Shown: positions 28,420 through 39,500, counted from the stretch's first letter. The stretch is 64,000 nucleotides of DNA from an uncultured Bacteroidota bacterium (GCA_902802755.1 CADCNH010000010.1:41300-105299); one strand, 5' to 3'. Notes: generated by a model not told the origin, from the sequence alone. Made by a program: numbers and translations.

Positions 28420-28956
28420 ATGGATAAAATCACTTTGCTAGACAAGACTTTTGTCAAGTATATTTCTGAAAAAGAAATAGAAGAGGCTACCGAACGTGTG
28501 GCCCGACAGATCAACGAAGATTACAAAGACGACCAACCCTATTTGCTTGTCACCTTGAATGGCGCCATCATGTTTGCCGTCGAACTGATGAAAAAACTGA
28601 CCATTCCCTGCCGTATTACCTGTGTCAAATTATCATCCTATAGTGGAACGACCTCAACCAACAAAGTAAAGGAATTGGTTGGTCTGAACGATGATTTGAC
28701 GGGGCAGCGGGTACTGATTATCGAGGATATTGTAGATACCGGGGTAACCTACGAGCACATGCACAAGATGCTGTTGGATGCCCACGCCAAGGATGTGCGC
28801 ATCGCAACCATGTCTTTCAAACCCGATGCCTACAAGAAAGAGTTGCCCGTGCATTATGTGGCGCTGTCCATCCCCAACAAGTTTGTGGTGGGCCATGGCC
28901 TCGATTACGACGGTTGGGGCCGCAACTATGCCGACATTTACCAATTGAGCGAATAA
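28420..28956 (+). CDS. hpt: Hypoxanthine-guanine phosphoribosyltransferase
   Basis: PRPP loop VLIIEDIVDTGVT. C-terminal FVVGHGLDY. Confidence 0.9.
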   Translation: MDKITLLDKTFVKYISEKEIEEATERVARQINEDYKDDQPYLLVTLNGAIMFAVELMKKLTIPCRITCVKLSSYSGTTSTNKVKELVGLNDDLTGQRVLIIEDIVDTGVTYEHMHKMLLDAHAKDVRIATMSFKPDAYKKELPVHYVALSIPNKFVVGHGLDYDGWGRNYADIYQLSE

Positions 28957-28977
28957 AAAAACTAAAAAAACAAAGAT

Positions 28978-29556
28978 ATGAGTACTCAACAATGCAACAT
29001 CGTGCTGCTGGGCGCACCTGGCAGCGGCAAGGGCACCCAAGCCCCGAAAATCATGGAAAAATACGGACTTTTCCATATCTCTACCGGTGACATGTTCCGC
29101 AAGGAAATCGCCTCTCAATCCCCCATCGGCCTCAAAGCAAAAGGCATTATCGAACGTGGCGAGCTCTGCCCCGACGACGTGACTTTGGATATGCTGAACA
29201 GCTTCCTGTCGAAGCTGGGTGAATGCAAAGGCTACATCCTCGACGGTGTGCCCCGCACCCTTGAGCAGGCCCACATGATGGATGGCATCAACTACGACAA
29301 ACCCATCAGCATCTCGAAGGTTATCTACATCAAGATTGACGAGGAAGAAATCATCAAGCGCATCCTGAAGAGAGCCGCTGAGTTAGGCCGCACCGACGAC
29401 ACTCCTGAGGTGGCCAAGAACCGCACTGCCCAGTACTTCAAACTTACCCATCCACTGATTGAATACTACCAGAAACAGGGTAAATTGATTGAAATCAACG
29501 GTATGCAAACCATCGACGAGGTCTTCGCGGATATTTGCAAGGCGCTGGACAATTGA
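28978..29556 (+). CDS. adk: Adenylate kinase
   Basis: 192 aa. P-loop LLGAPGSGKGTQA, then ISTGDMFR, LDGVPRT. The stop TGA lies inside a TTGACA word array. Confidence 0.9.
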   Translation: MSTQQCNIVLLGAPGSGKGTQAPKIMEKYGLFHISTGDMFRKEIASQSPIGLKAKGIIERGELCPDDVTLDMLNSFLSKLGECKGYILDGVPRTLEQAHMMDGINYDKPISISKVIYIKIDEEEIIKRILKRAAELGRTDDTPEVAKNRTAQYFKLTHPLIEYYQKQGKLIEINGMQTIDEVFADICKALDN

Positions 29557-31303
29557 CAGTTGACAATTGACAATTAACGCAAGTAGAGACATGGCATGCC
29601 ATGTCTTTCTCCCGCAGGTCGCGGGCTACATGCACTTTCTCTCCCGTGTAGGGGTCAAAACCCAGATAGTACATGGTGGTGGAATAAGTCATGGGCGTGG
29701 GCGTGAAATCCTGCACCTGTTCAGTCATCAGGTGATTCTGATGCGACAATTTAGACAACTCCTTCATGTCTTGCATTGTACAGCCCGGATGTGAGGAAAT
29801 AAAATACGGTATCAACTGCTGATTCTTGCCTGACTGCCGATTGGCCAGGTTGAATTTTTCCAAAAAACGATGGAATTGTTCAAATTCGGGTTTCCTCATC
29901 TTTTGCAGCACATGCGAGGCGGTATGCTCCGGCGCCACCTTCAGTCGCCCCGACACATGATGATTCACCACCTCACGGATATAGTCGCTCAAGCCGTTTT
30001 CCTTGTCGGTCTGCGCATCGCTCAAAAGCATGTCATAACGAATGCCACTGCCAATAGTGATGTGTTTCACGCCTTTGACTTTAGCCGCTTTCCGATAGAG
30101 TTCTATTATCGGTTTATGATTGATATTCAAATTTTTACATACCTTTGGAAAGATGCACGAAGGTCGTGGACAACGCTCACACAACTCGGTATTCTTGCCC
30201 CGCATACGATACATGTTGGCTGATGGTCCTCCCAAGTCGGAGATGTGTCCCTTAAAATAGTCCCGCCGCACCAAGTCCTCCACCTCAGCCAGTATGGACT
30301 TTTCGGAGCGCGAAGCCACATACTTGCCCTGATGGGCGGCGATGGCACAGAAACTGCAACCGCCGAAACAGCCACGATGGATATTGATGGAATTCTTTAT
30401 CATCTCGAACGCCGGAATCGCCCCGCGTTTCAGGTATTTTGGGTGCGGGGCATTCATCATTCTGTCAAAGAAAGAAAACTGATCCATTTCTTCTTCTGTA
30501 GGCGTGTCAAATGGCGGATTCACCACCAAAAACTCATTTCCATACGGCTGAATCAGCGTGGCTTGCTTGCGTTTGTTGCTTTCCTTTTCAAACAAAACAA
30601 AGTCCTCAGCATACTTGCGTTTATCTTTTTTTTCTTCATCAAATGAATGAAGAATAATTGTACCCTGCTGTTCCTTATATGCATCAATATTATCACAGAT
30701 AAAGCCGATTTGCGGAATATTGGATAACTGCGAACACCAATCGCCCTGCTCTATCGCCTTCGCCACCGCCATAATCGGTCTTTCTCCCATGCCATATATT
30801 AGTATGTCTGCCCCACACTCTTGCAGAATTGACGGTTTGAAGCTGTCGCTCCAGTAATCGTAATGAGCCAGCCGTCGCATCGATGCCTCTACCCCACCGA
30901 TAACGATGGGCACATCGGGAAACAGCTGACGTACAATTTTCGAATAAACAACAGTCGCATAATCCGGCCGAAAGCCCGCCTGACCGCCAGGGGTATAGGC
31001 ATCATCACTACGCAGACGCTTGAAGGCCGTGTAATGGTTGACCATGGAGTCCATATTGCCGGCGGTGATGCCGAAGAAAAGCCGCGGCTTGCCTAACTTT
31101 TTGAAATCGCGCAGGTCGTCCTGCCAATTGGGCTGCGGCAGAATGGCCACCCGGTAACCCTGGCTTTCCAAGGTACGTCCTATGACCGCGGCGGCAAATG
31201 AGGGATGGTCCACGTAGGCGTCACCGGAAATCAGGATGACATCCACATAATCCCAGCCCAAATAGTCGAGCTCTTTTTTCGTTATCGGCAAAAAATGTTT
31301 CAT
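29495..31303 (-). CDS. ygiQ: YgiQ-family radical SAM protein (UPF0313)
   Basis: N-terminal MKHFLPITKKEL...ISGDAYVDHPSF. Radical-SAM cluster motif GCFGGCSFCAI. The last roughly 45 codons read through a 20-bp palindrome and the word array into the 3' end of adk, so the true C-terminus is uncertain. Confidence 0.8.
   Translation of the reverse strand: MKHFLPITKKELDYLGWDYVDVILISGDAYVDHPSFAAAVIGRTLESQGYRVAILPQPNWQDDLRDFKKLGKPRLFFGITAGNMDSMVNHYTAFKRLRSDDAYTPGGQAGFRPDYATVVYSKIVRQLFPDVPIVIGGVEASMRRLAHYDYWSDSFKPSILQECGADILIYGMGERPIMAVAKAIEQGDWCSQLSNIPQIGFICDNIDAYKEQQGTIILHSFDEEKKDKRKYAEDFVLFEKESNKRKQATLIQPYGNEFLVVNPPFDTPTEEEMDQFSFFDRMMNAPHPKYLKRGAIPAFEMIKNSINIHRGCFGGCSFCAIAAHQGKYVASRSEKSILAEVEDLVRRDYFKGHISDLGGPSANMYRMRGKNTELCERCPRPSCIFPKVCKNLNINHKPIIELYRKAAKVKGVKHITIGSGIRYDMLLSDAQTDKENGLSDYIREVVNHHVSGRLKVAPEHTASHVLQKMRKPEFEQFHRFLEKFNLANRQSGKNQQLIPYFISSHPGCTMQDMKELSKLSHQNHLMTEQVQDFTPTPMTYSTTMYYLGFDPYTGEKVHVARDLREKDMACHVSTCVNCQLSTVNCPAPCKYPRRPRRWFAYR
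29549..29577. repeat. TTGACA-type heptamer word array
   Basis: acaattgacagttgacaattgacaattaa. TGA or TAA occurs in all three plus-strand frames; the complementary strand is stop-free. Confidence 0.75.
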
Positions 31304-31499
31304 CATGCAAAAATAACACAATTTTTGAAATCATTTATTGACGAATAGCGAAAAACAAATTAATACATTTACAATATTTTTATTTTATGTTGTATAATAT
31401 TATATTTATAAATTCGTTTATGATATAACATGCAAGAAAGATATGCAAAAGGCACGACATCCGCACCAACAAGATAGCGCAAGTACAAGGCACGAGGAT

Positions 31500-31700
31500 G
31501 TGCAAGCATCACATACGTGTCAAAGAAACGACACCCACACGAACTCGATAGCACATGTGTAAGGTATATGGAGACACGCATCTCTCCGTGTCGAAGACAC
31601 GACATCCTATTAACCCCTCACAAGCAACGAAGTTGCGCAGTGTGGGGCAAACGACAACCAACACTAATCCTGCGTGCCGGAGGCACGCTACTATCACAAC
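31500..31700. repeat. REP hairpins upstream of RAYT-2
   Basis: gtgtcaaagaaacgacac, ggagacacgcatctctcc, gtgtcgaagacac, attaacccctcacaagc..gcgcagtgtgggg, gcgtgccggaggcacgc. Confidence 0.75.
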
Positions 31701-31715
31701 ATAAAACTAAAAATT

Positions 31716-32168
31716 ATGAGTTACACTACATCTTATTATCACATCGTCTTCCGCACCTTTCGCAGCGAAATGACAATCTCAGCAGAATATGAGCGAGAAC
31801 TATACGCCTACATATATGGCATTGCAAAAAATCTCCATTGCCAAACCTTCCGTATAGGCGGCATGCCAGACCATATTCATCTTTTCGTATCACTACCATC
31901 TACATTGTCATTGGCATCTTTTGTGCAACGGGTGAAGACCGACAGCTCCAAATGGATAAAAGCCAACGCTCACTTTCCAGACTTTCGTGGCTGGGGTCAC
32001 GAATATGCTGGCTTCAGCTACAATCTTCGGGACAGAGACAAGATAGTAAACTATATCATTCGGCAGAAAGAACATCATCAACAACTTTCCTTTGAGGAAG
32101 AATACAAGTCCTTCGTAGAGAATAATGGAATAACTATTGACGAGCGCTACTTTTTACAAGACAAGTAG
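31716..32168 (+). mobile_element. IS200/IS605-like Y1 transposase, REP-associated (RAYT-type), copy 2
   Basis: MSYTTSYYHIVFRTFRSE..., HUH motif PDHIHLFVSL, IVNYIIRQKEHH. Immediately flanked by gcgtgccggaggcacgcta (31672-31690) and its near-perfect inverted copy tagcgtacctccggcacgc (32168-32186). Confidence 0.8.
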
Positions 32169-32290
32169 TAGCGTACCTCCGGCACGCCAGTTTTACCACA
32201 CATGCCACTTCTACCCCACACTACGCGCTATCGCGCTTGTGAGGGGTTAATGGGATATCGTGCTTTCAGCACGTGTTCTTCTGCAGCACG
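32168..32290. repeat. REP hairpins downstream of RAYT-2 (mirror of the left flank)
   Basis: tagcgtacctccggcacgc; ccccacactacgcg..cgcttgtgaggggttaat; cgtgctttcagcacg. Confidence 0.75.
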
Positions 32291-32433
32291 CATCAAAGTA
32301 TAAAACTAAAAAAAAAATTAAACCTCATTGCATTCCCTATCTATGAACAACACGAAACAAATGCCCTTTTCGTCAGTTTTTTCATTAAAAAAAAATTCTT
32401 ATAAATACATGTTGATTGTAACGAAAAAAATTG

Positions 32434-32441
32434 TACTTTTG
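32434..32441 (+). promoter_or_regulatory. -7 box TACTTTTG for rpsO
   Basis: ttgTACTTTTGcacc, about 50 bp upstream of the ATG at 32491. Confidence 0.5.
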
Positions 32442-32490
32442 CACCCCGAAAAAGAATTGTAACAAAAAAGTTTAAAAAGAGAAATTTATT

Positions 32491-32760
32491 ATGTACTTAT
32501 CAACAGAAGTTAAACAGCAGATTTTTGCAGATTACGGACAAAGCCAAGTTGATACCGGATCACCTGAAAGCCAGATCGCTCTTTTCACCCACCGTATCAA
32601 ACATCTTACGGAACACATGAAAATCAACAAGAAAGACCTTGTTACCAAACGTTCCTTGATTGCTCTCGTGGGTAAAAGAAAAAGAATGCTCGAATACCTG
32701 AAAGAACAGGATATTGAACGCTACAGAGCTATCATCAAGAAATTAGGTTTAAGAAAATAA
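32491..32760 (+). CDS. rpsO: 30S ribosomal protein S15
   Basis: 89 aa. GSPESQIALFTHRIKHLTEHMKINKKD... Confidence 0.95.
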   Translation: MYLSTEVKQQIFADYGQSQVDTGSPESQIALFTHRIKHLTEHMKINKKDLVTKRSLIALVGKRKRMLEYLKEQDIERYRAIIKKLGLRK

Positions 32761-32784
32761 TTTGCGTCGCATAATGTAAAATTG

Positions 32785-32812
32785 AAAGGCAATTTCTTCC
32801 AAATTGCCTTTC
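32785..32812 (+). terminator. Hairpin after rpsO
   Basis: aaaggcaatt-tcttcc-aaattgccttt, followed by a T-rich run. Confidence 0.6.
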
Positions 32813-32859
32813 TTGCTATTATTTTATGCACATTTTTATCATTTTAAAGAAAGAAAAAC

Positions 32860-35097
32860 ATGTTAGGAATAAATACAACTTTTGACTTGGGTGACGGCCG
32901 TCAGGTGACGATTGAGACCGGCAAGTTAGCCAAGCAGGCCGACGGATCCGCTGTCGTGAAAATGGGCAACACCATGCTGCTGGCTACCGTTTGCTGCAAG
33001 AAAGACGCCGCCGAGAATGTGGACTTCATGCCACTGCAAGTCGAATATCAAGAAAAATACGGAGCCGTTGGTCGTTTCCCCGGCGGTTTCTTCAAACGTG
33101 AGGCCCGTCCCTCTGAATATGAAATTCTGATTGCCCGTCTCGTTGACCGTGCCCTCAGACCCTTGTTCCCCAGCAATTTCCACGCTGAAACACAAGTGTT
33201 GGTTACCCTGATTTCCGGTGACACCAACAACCTGCCCGATGCTTTGGCTTGTTTAGCTGCCTCATCAGCTTTGGCAGTTTCCAACATCCCCTTCGAAGGT
33301 CCTATCTCCGAAGTAAGAGTGGGCCGCGTAAATGGACAGATGATGATCAACCCCACTGTGGAGCAAATGGAAAACTCCGATATCGACATGATTGTGGCCG
33401 CCTCTATGGACAACATCATGATGGTAGAAGGCGAGATGAAGGAAATCTCCGAACAGGATATGGTGGATGCGCTGAATTTCGCCCACCAGGCTATCAAAAT
33501 CCAGTGCCAAGCCCAGTTGGACCTGGCTGCCAAAGTGGAAAAGGCCAATCCAAAACGCGAATATTGCCACGAGCATAACGACGAGGAGCTGCGCGAACGC
33601 GTCAACAAAGAGACTTACGACAAGGTTTACGCTATCGCGAAATCTTTCATGGGCAAACATGAAAGAAACGACGCTTTCGATGCTGTCTATGCTGAATTTT
33701 TGGAAACCATTCCCGAAGAGGAACGCGAAGAAAAAGAACCCATGGTGCAGCGCTACTACCACGATGTGCAGTATCACGCCATGCGTAATATGATTCTGAA
33801 TGACCGCGTGCGTCTCGACGGCCGTAAGATGGATGAAATCCGTCCCATCTGGATTGAGACCGACTACCTGCCTTCAGCTCATGGTTCAGCTATCTTCACC
33901 CGTGGTGAAACCCAGTCATTGGCCACCTGTACCCTCGGTACCAAACTGGATGAGCAAGTGATTGACGGTGCCATCATCGAAGGCACTAACCGCTTCTTGC
34001 TCCACTACAACTTCCCGCCGTTCTCTGTGGGTGAAGTGAAAGCTATCCGCAGCACTGGCCGTCGCGAAATCGGTCACGGCAACCTGGCCAACCGCGCCCT
34101 GAAGCCGATGATCCCGTTCGACGACCCCGATTTCCCTTATACCGTGCGTATCGTTTCCGATATTCTGGAATCCAATGGTAGCTCTTCCATGGCTACAGTT
34201 TGCGCCGGCACCTTAGCACTGCTGGATTGCGGTGTGAAGATGAAGAAACCCGTTTCTGGTATCGCTATGGGTTTGATTACCGACGAAGAAACTGGCAAAT
34301 ACGCCATCCTGTCCGATATTTTGGGTGATGAAGACCACCTCGGTGACATGGACTTCAAGGTCTGCGGTACCGAAGACGGTATCACCGCTTGCCAGATGGA
34401 TATCAAAATTAATGGTCTTTCTTCCGAAAGAATGGCCGAGGCATTGGAACAGGCCAAGAGAGGCCGTCTGTTCATCCTGAACAAAATCAAAGAGGCCATG
34501 CCCGCTCCGAGAGAGGATTACAAGCCTTTCGTGCCGCGTATCGTCCAGATGAAGGTCCCGAAAGAATTCATCGGTGCTATCATCGGCCCTGGTGGCAAGA
34601 TTATCCAGGAAATGCAGCGTGAGACCAACACCACTATCAATATCGAAGAAGTTGGCGAATTTGGCGTGGTGGATATCGCCGCTGCCAATGTCGATGACAT
34701 CAACGCAGCTGTTGCCAAGATCAAGGCTATTACCCAGGTTCCTGAGGTGGGCGAAACATACAAAGGTGTGGTGAAGAGCATCCTGCCCTTCGGCGCATTC
34801 ATCGAATTCTTGCCTGGCCAAGACGGTATGATGCACATCTCCGAGATGGAATACCGCCGTTTGGAAAGCTTCGACGGCATCCTGTCTGTTGGTGACGAAA
34901 TCGAAGTGAAACTGATTGCCATCGACGAGAAGACCGGCAAATACAAGCTGTCTCACAAGGCCCTGCTTCCCAAACCGGAAGGTTATGTGGAGCCCGAGCG
35001 CAAACCGAGACCCAGCGGCAATGGCAACGGTGGTAACCACAATGGTGGTCCCCGTGGCAACCATCCCAGAGGTCCGAGAAAAGCCGAAAATAAATAA
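32860..35097 (+). CDS. pnp: Polyribonucleotide nucleotidyltransferase (PNPase)
   Basis: 745 aa. Two RNase PH domains ([14 protein letters not shown]), KH ([14 protein letters not shown]) and S1 ([15 protein letters not shown]) domains, and a Gly/Asn/Pro-rich basic tail. Confidence 0.95.
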   Translation: MLGINTTFDLGDGRQVTIETGKLAKQADGSAVVKMGNTMLLATVCCKKDAAENVDFMPLQVEYQEKYGAVGRFPGGFFKREARPSEYEILIARLVDRALRPLFPSNFHAETQVLVTLISGDTNNLPDALACLAASSALAVSNIPFEGPISEVRVGRVNGQMMINPTVEQMENSDIDMIVAASMDNIMMVEGEMKEISEQDMVDALNFAHQAIKIQCQAQLDLAAKVEKANPKREYCHEHNDEELRERVNKETYDKVYAIAKSFMGKHERNDAFDAVYAEFLETIPEEEREEKEPMVQRYYHDVQYHAMRNMILNDRVRLDGRKMDEIRPIWIETDYLPSAHGSAIFTRGETQSLATCTLGTKLDEQVIDGAIIEGTNRFLLHYNFPPFSVGEVKAIRSTGRREIGHGNLANRALKPMIPFDDPDFPYTVRIVSDILESNGSSSMATVCAGTLALLDCGVKMKKPVSGIAMGLITDEETGKYAILSDILGDEDHLGDMDFKVCGTEDGITACQMDIKINGLSSERMAEALEQAKRGRLFILNKIKEAMPAPREDYKPFVPRIVQMKVPKEFIGAIIGPGGKIIQEMQRETNTTINIEEVGEFGVVDIAAANVDDINAAVAKIKAITQVPEVGETYKGVVKSILPFGAFIEFLPGQDGMMHISEMEYRRLESFDGILSVGDEIEVKLIAIDEKTGKYKLSHKALLPKPEGYVEPERKPRPSGNGNGGNHNGGPRGNHPRGPRKAENK

Positions 35098-35111
35098 TTC
35101 TCAATAAAGAA

Positions 35112-35140
35112 AGGAGGTTGGTTTCAACCTCCTTTTTTTA
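35112..35140 (+). terminator. Rho-independent terminator of pnp
   Basis: aggaggttgg-tttc-aacctcct followed by tttttta. Confidence 0.75.
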
Positions 35141-35149
35141 TACCTTAAA

Positions 35150-35700
35150 AGTGTCGAAGACACTTCACGCGCCGCCAGGCGCAATTAACACCATACAAGC
35201 AACGAAGTTGCGCAGTGTGGTGAGCGCACATGACGTAGCCCGACACCGACATGGGACTACATGCCGGAGGCATGACACGCGCCGCCAGGCGCAATTAACA
35301 CCATACAAGCGGAGCGCAGTGTGGTGAGCACACATGACGTAGCCCGACACCGACATGGGACCACATGCCGAAGGCATGGCATGCGCCGTCAGGCGCAATT
35401 AACACCATACAAGCAACGAAGTTGCGCAGTGTGGTGAGCGCACATGCCACGCAATCATACAGCATGACGTCCACACATGCCGTAGCTCTACACCGACATG
35501 GACAACATGCCGAAGGCATGGCACGCGCCGTCAGGCGCAATTAACACCATACAAGCAACAAAGTTGCGCAGTGTAGTGAGCTCACATGACGTAGCCCGAC
35601 ACCGACATGGGACTACATGCCGAAGGCATGGTACGCGCCGCCAGGCGCAATTAACACCATACAAGCGGAGCGCAGTGTGGTGTAACGGGCACTATCGGTA
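35150..35700. repeat. REP array: five tandem composite units (about 105-140 bp each)
   Basis: gcgcaattaacaccatacaagc recurs at 35179, 35289, 35393, 35535 and 35645. Each unit contains gcgcc(g/a)..aggcgc, caccatacaagc..gcgcagtgtggtg and catgccg(a/g)aggcatg hairpins. Confidence 0.85.
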
Positions 35701-35774
35701 TAAGCATCTCGAAGAGATGCCACTAAAACAATAATCCAACCATCTCCTCGTTACTTCTCAAAAAACAAATACCC

Positions 35775-36212
35775 ATGAGCTACACACAGACATCTTATCA
35801 TATTGTCCTCCGCACCCATCGCAGCATTCCCGCCATAGTGGAGGATCACGAGCGCGAGCTTTACTCCTATATCCTTGGGTTCATTAACAACAAGGACGGC
35901 CACCTTTACCGCATCGGAGGCATGCCCGACCATGTACACCTTTTTGTATCTCTGCCAGCAACCTTGGCCATGTCCAAATTTGTCCAAGAACTCAAGATTG
36001 CCTCCAGCAAGTGGCTCAAGGCCAACCCTGACTTTCCGCTTTTTGACGGATGGTCTAAGGAGTATGCTGGATTTTCCTACAATCTTCGAGATAAGGACAT
36101 GATAGTCGGCTATATTGCCAAGCAGAAGGAGCATCATAGTCAGAAGACGTTTGCGGAAGAGTACAGGGAGTTCCTGACGGAGAATTGTCGCATCTCTCCG
36201 AGATGCCAGTAG
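35775..36212 (+). mobile_element. IS200/IS605-like Y1 transposase, REP-associated (RAYT-type), copy 3
   Basis: MSYTQTSYHIVLRTHRS..., HUH motif PDHVHLFVSL, IVGYIAKQKEHH. About 55-60% identical by eye to copy 2. Confidence 0.8.
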
Positions 36213-36480
36213 CGAGCACGCTCTCCTGTCACCACACTGCGCTGCGCTTGTATGGTGTTAACTGCACTGCGTGCGTGCAGCCTCTCCGAGGCTGTTTTGC
36301 GTGTCCGTTCTCTCATCACCACACCGCCATCCGCATCCTTTTGTACCACACTGCTGCGCTTGTATGGTGTTACTTGCACTGCGTGCGTATCACCTCTCCG
36401 AGGCGAGCCTCCACCGGCACCGTACTGTCCATCAATCCGATGCGAGTGTCGGAGGCAATTTCGGCAAGACAACGCACAAT
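36213..36480. repeat. REP units downstream of RAYT-3 (inverted relative to the 35150-35700 array)
   Basis: caccacactgcgctgcgcttgtatggtgttaa occurs twice, and is the reverse complement of the array core. Confidence 0.75.
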
Positions 36481-36520
36481 CTATTAGTCGTAATGGTATC
36501 TTTTAGAGTATCAGCACTAA

Positions 36521-39500
36521 TCAATTAATAATCGGTTCTTTACAGGAATCCAAATAATTCAAACCCTTCAATTTCAATTCTGGATAATTGAGGATAGACA
36601 AAGGTGTTTCGCTTTTCTTAAGGTAGGACGTGGGTATTACTGTAGCCGTCAACATCATTGACTTTACCACAGGATTTTTCGAGATACCTATGAACTTTTT
36701 CACCTGTTCAAGATTTTCCAGTATCCACTTATGACGACGTAGATGTTTCAAAACAAGAGCTTTGTCTTTTTCGGTGCCTTCCCCCCTGCCAAGATAATCA
36801 TCCATCTCTTTCTTCATTTCACGTACATTCTTGGCTGTGGTGGTATTTTTACATTCTATGGAATAGAGTATATTCTTGGCGGGATAGTAAGCCAAAACAT
36901 CAATATCGCCATAATCTGTATTTTTTGTCGTCACATTTAAATTACCGTTGGTTTTGATGGAGACATCGTATGGCCATACTGTCAATCCTGATAATTGACT
37001 TAAAAAGGACCGGACTTCCTCATTAAAAGTATGACCTTTTTTTGTCTGGAACTGGCTTAATACCTTTTCCAACTCCCTTCCCCCATTTCTCAACCGTCCC
37101 GAATAGAGTAAATCCGTTAATTGAAAACCGGCTGCTATACAGGAACGGAAACCGAACATGCACAAAACCTGACCATTTGGGGTTTGATGACGAACTATCG
37201 GACGCCTTAAATAGCTAAGCTCCCTGTTATAAATCCAAGGGAAGATGTCTTTTCCATTCAGACCGGAAGGCGGTGTCAGATAATTCTTGCGTTTGTCAAG
37301 TGAAAGACGGCTGATACAGTTCTTTATTGATTCCACAGTCATTTCTGGGTAGATCGTTTTAACTTCAGTCACCAAATCATCTTCCATAATACTTATAACT
37401 GACACCTGATGATTCATTGCAATCACATAACACGCATACAAAAGCTGTAGTATATCGGAGTATGTCACACCCCAGTCCGCTTCAAAGGCCTCATCTATCT
37501 TTATTTGTTCCTTATCTTTTTCAACCACTTTCCTTGGCTTTTGTGACGTAAGTCGTTCCATCGTTTTTGCAAAGACCTCAATTTGGTAGTTTACACTCTC
37601 TTCTGAACGGGCACTGGCAAAACCACCTAATGAGTCGTTGAAATCTTCATCGTTGATTTCATAACGTGCAGAAGGAAGCAACTCTATGTTATGGTCGGCC
37701 ACTTCAAGATGAATTGCATCACAAATACCGCCAATTCTAACCACATCACTTGCAATGGCAAGCAAATATTCCACATCATCACCTCCATGTTGCTTCATGC
37801 CAGTTTGACTTTGAGTAGCGGCCAAATACTCAATCAACACCCGGGTGGCAAGACTTGTTTCTGTAAGCCGGTTTTCATCTGCCAAAAATTTCTTTCTTTT
37901 CTCCGGGGTATCACCAAAACAAATAATCTGGGCAGGGTGAATCACTTTGTTATGCTCACGTATATGAATCAAGGTTTCGTGGTTGTTGAGCAAGGTTTCG
38001 AGCAAGGCTTTGGTGTCAAAATCGGCAAGTCCCTCCTCAAGTTTTTCCAAAAGCACATCCACGCCGGAATGTAAAAATTCAACTTTCTGCTGTTTATCCT
38101 CCAGTTTGGTGATTACAAATCCTTTATCGGCCATCCACCTTGGAAAGAGGTCAAGTAACAACTGATTTGTGGCTTGATGAATATAAATTGGAGGATAAAG
38201 CCATAGAGGCGATTCCATTGGATTGTTGGACACCTCTGTCATCAATATCATTTTAGTTTGGCCAAACGGTATTCTTTCGTCAATTATCGCTGTTGCAGTT
38301 GAATAATCAAGGCCAAACAATTCCTTGACTATAGCCAACATCATTTTTCTTTCAGAGCCATTGTCTGGGACCATAAATGATTGTATAAAATCACGGTCAA
38401 GTGAAACCATTACTCCTTTATCATTTTTAGTTACAGTCAATGATCCGGCACCTTTCGTTGGCTTGATTTCGGTGTATTGTCCTTTGTCAGAAAGAACATC
38501 CTCACTTAATTGCAAATCGATTTCGACTGTCTTAGTATAATGCTGCTTTACCAATCCCTTTAACAATGAGCTCAACTCATCCATCCAAAAGACTATCGCC
38601 GTGATGATGGTTTCGATAATCGAAAACGGATTCACCCCCTTCCCTTCTATTTGCGAGCACCTTGACCAAACAGGCACAGGATATGATTCGCAACATTCAG
38701 CTACGATTGATTTGTCAAGGGGTTTATAAATATTCCTATAGTCCGTATGCCGCTGTACGGGTATATAGGCATAATCGCTATCAAGTGAAAGAAGCACGCC
38801 ATGAAAATTCAGTTTCTCCTTGCTTTCAAAAATCAGATGAAAACCGTCGTTAGGTTGAACATATATAAAATTCGGGCTGGTCTTGTCAGTCACATAAAAG
38901 CTTTCACCATAGTGCTTATAGAGCGAGTATAAATCAATTTCTTCATTAAATGGCGAACCCAAGTACTGCTGAAGTTCTTTTGTACGAGCATAACGCACCA
39001 AACTCATGTTGTCCCATTTTTCCGTTTGAATCAATTGCAGGAAATCAAAAGCGGGAAACCTCAACAGGTAATTAGTATCAGGTTGTTTTCCAATATCCAC
39101 AGAAAACGACTCACCCATAGTGGAATAAAGAACCAGTGTCAGGACATGATTGTCTTTTGTCCTGGGATCAAGCCTTAACTTTGACAACGTTTCTCTCAAA
39201 TGAGTTTCAATGCTCCATTGGGTTTGATTATTTTTACCGTCAATAGAGACATTTGTTTCGTCATCCTTCGTGTAACAAACGTATGCGAGCCAATTGTTGT
39301 CAATCTGAAACAGTTCTTCGCTGCAACGAGAGTTGGAAGATAGCAGATCGTTGTAATCAGAGGTGCACCAACGCATGCTATTAATGCAAGATGAACCAAT
39401 CCGCATCCATACGGTGTGTTGCGTATGCTGCACGAGTTCCTGTAAACAGCTATACTTAACCGCTGTTTTCAGAATAAAGTTGTTGATAGCGCAACCCTGA

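Noticed and set aside
31369-31792. ORFs 31369-31605, 31509-31697 and 31517-31792, plus similar ones at 52019-52316, 55183-55458, 56731-57116 and 12260-12724
   Set aside because: All lie inside REP-hairpin clusters or the MITE interior. They overlap one another on both strands and have Cys/Arg/His-rich low-complexity translations typical of GC-rich palindromes.
34213-35064. 283-aa minus-strand ORF, and other antisense ORFs inside pnp, serC (62797-63552), hpt-adk (28654-29274) and the AAA+ gene (18434-18976)
   Set aside because: The sense frames encode unmistakable conserved proteins. The antisense ORFs are the usual GC-rich shadow frames.
35150-35700. Possible CRISPR array (regularly spaced repeats)
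   Set aside because: The whole unit of about 110 bp repeats, including the would-be spacers. The repeats are composite hairpins shared with other loci. No cas genes are present. It is a REP/BIME-type array instead.
35118-36528. Many 60-110-aa ORFs on both strands across the REP arrays (for example 35118-35327, 35295-35540, 35498-35734, 36140-36472, 36185-36528)
   Set aside because: They are translations of tandem or inverted REP units: the peptides repeat (..APSGAINTIQATKLRSVV..), overlap on both strands, and have no start context. This is non-coding repeat DNA.
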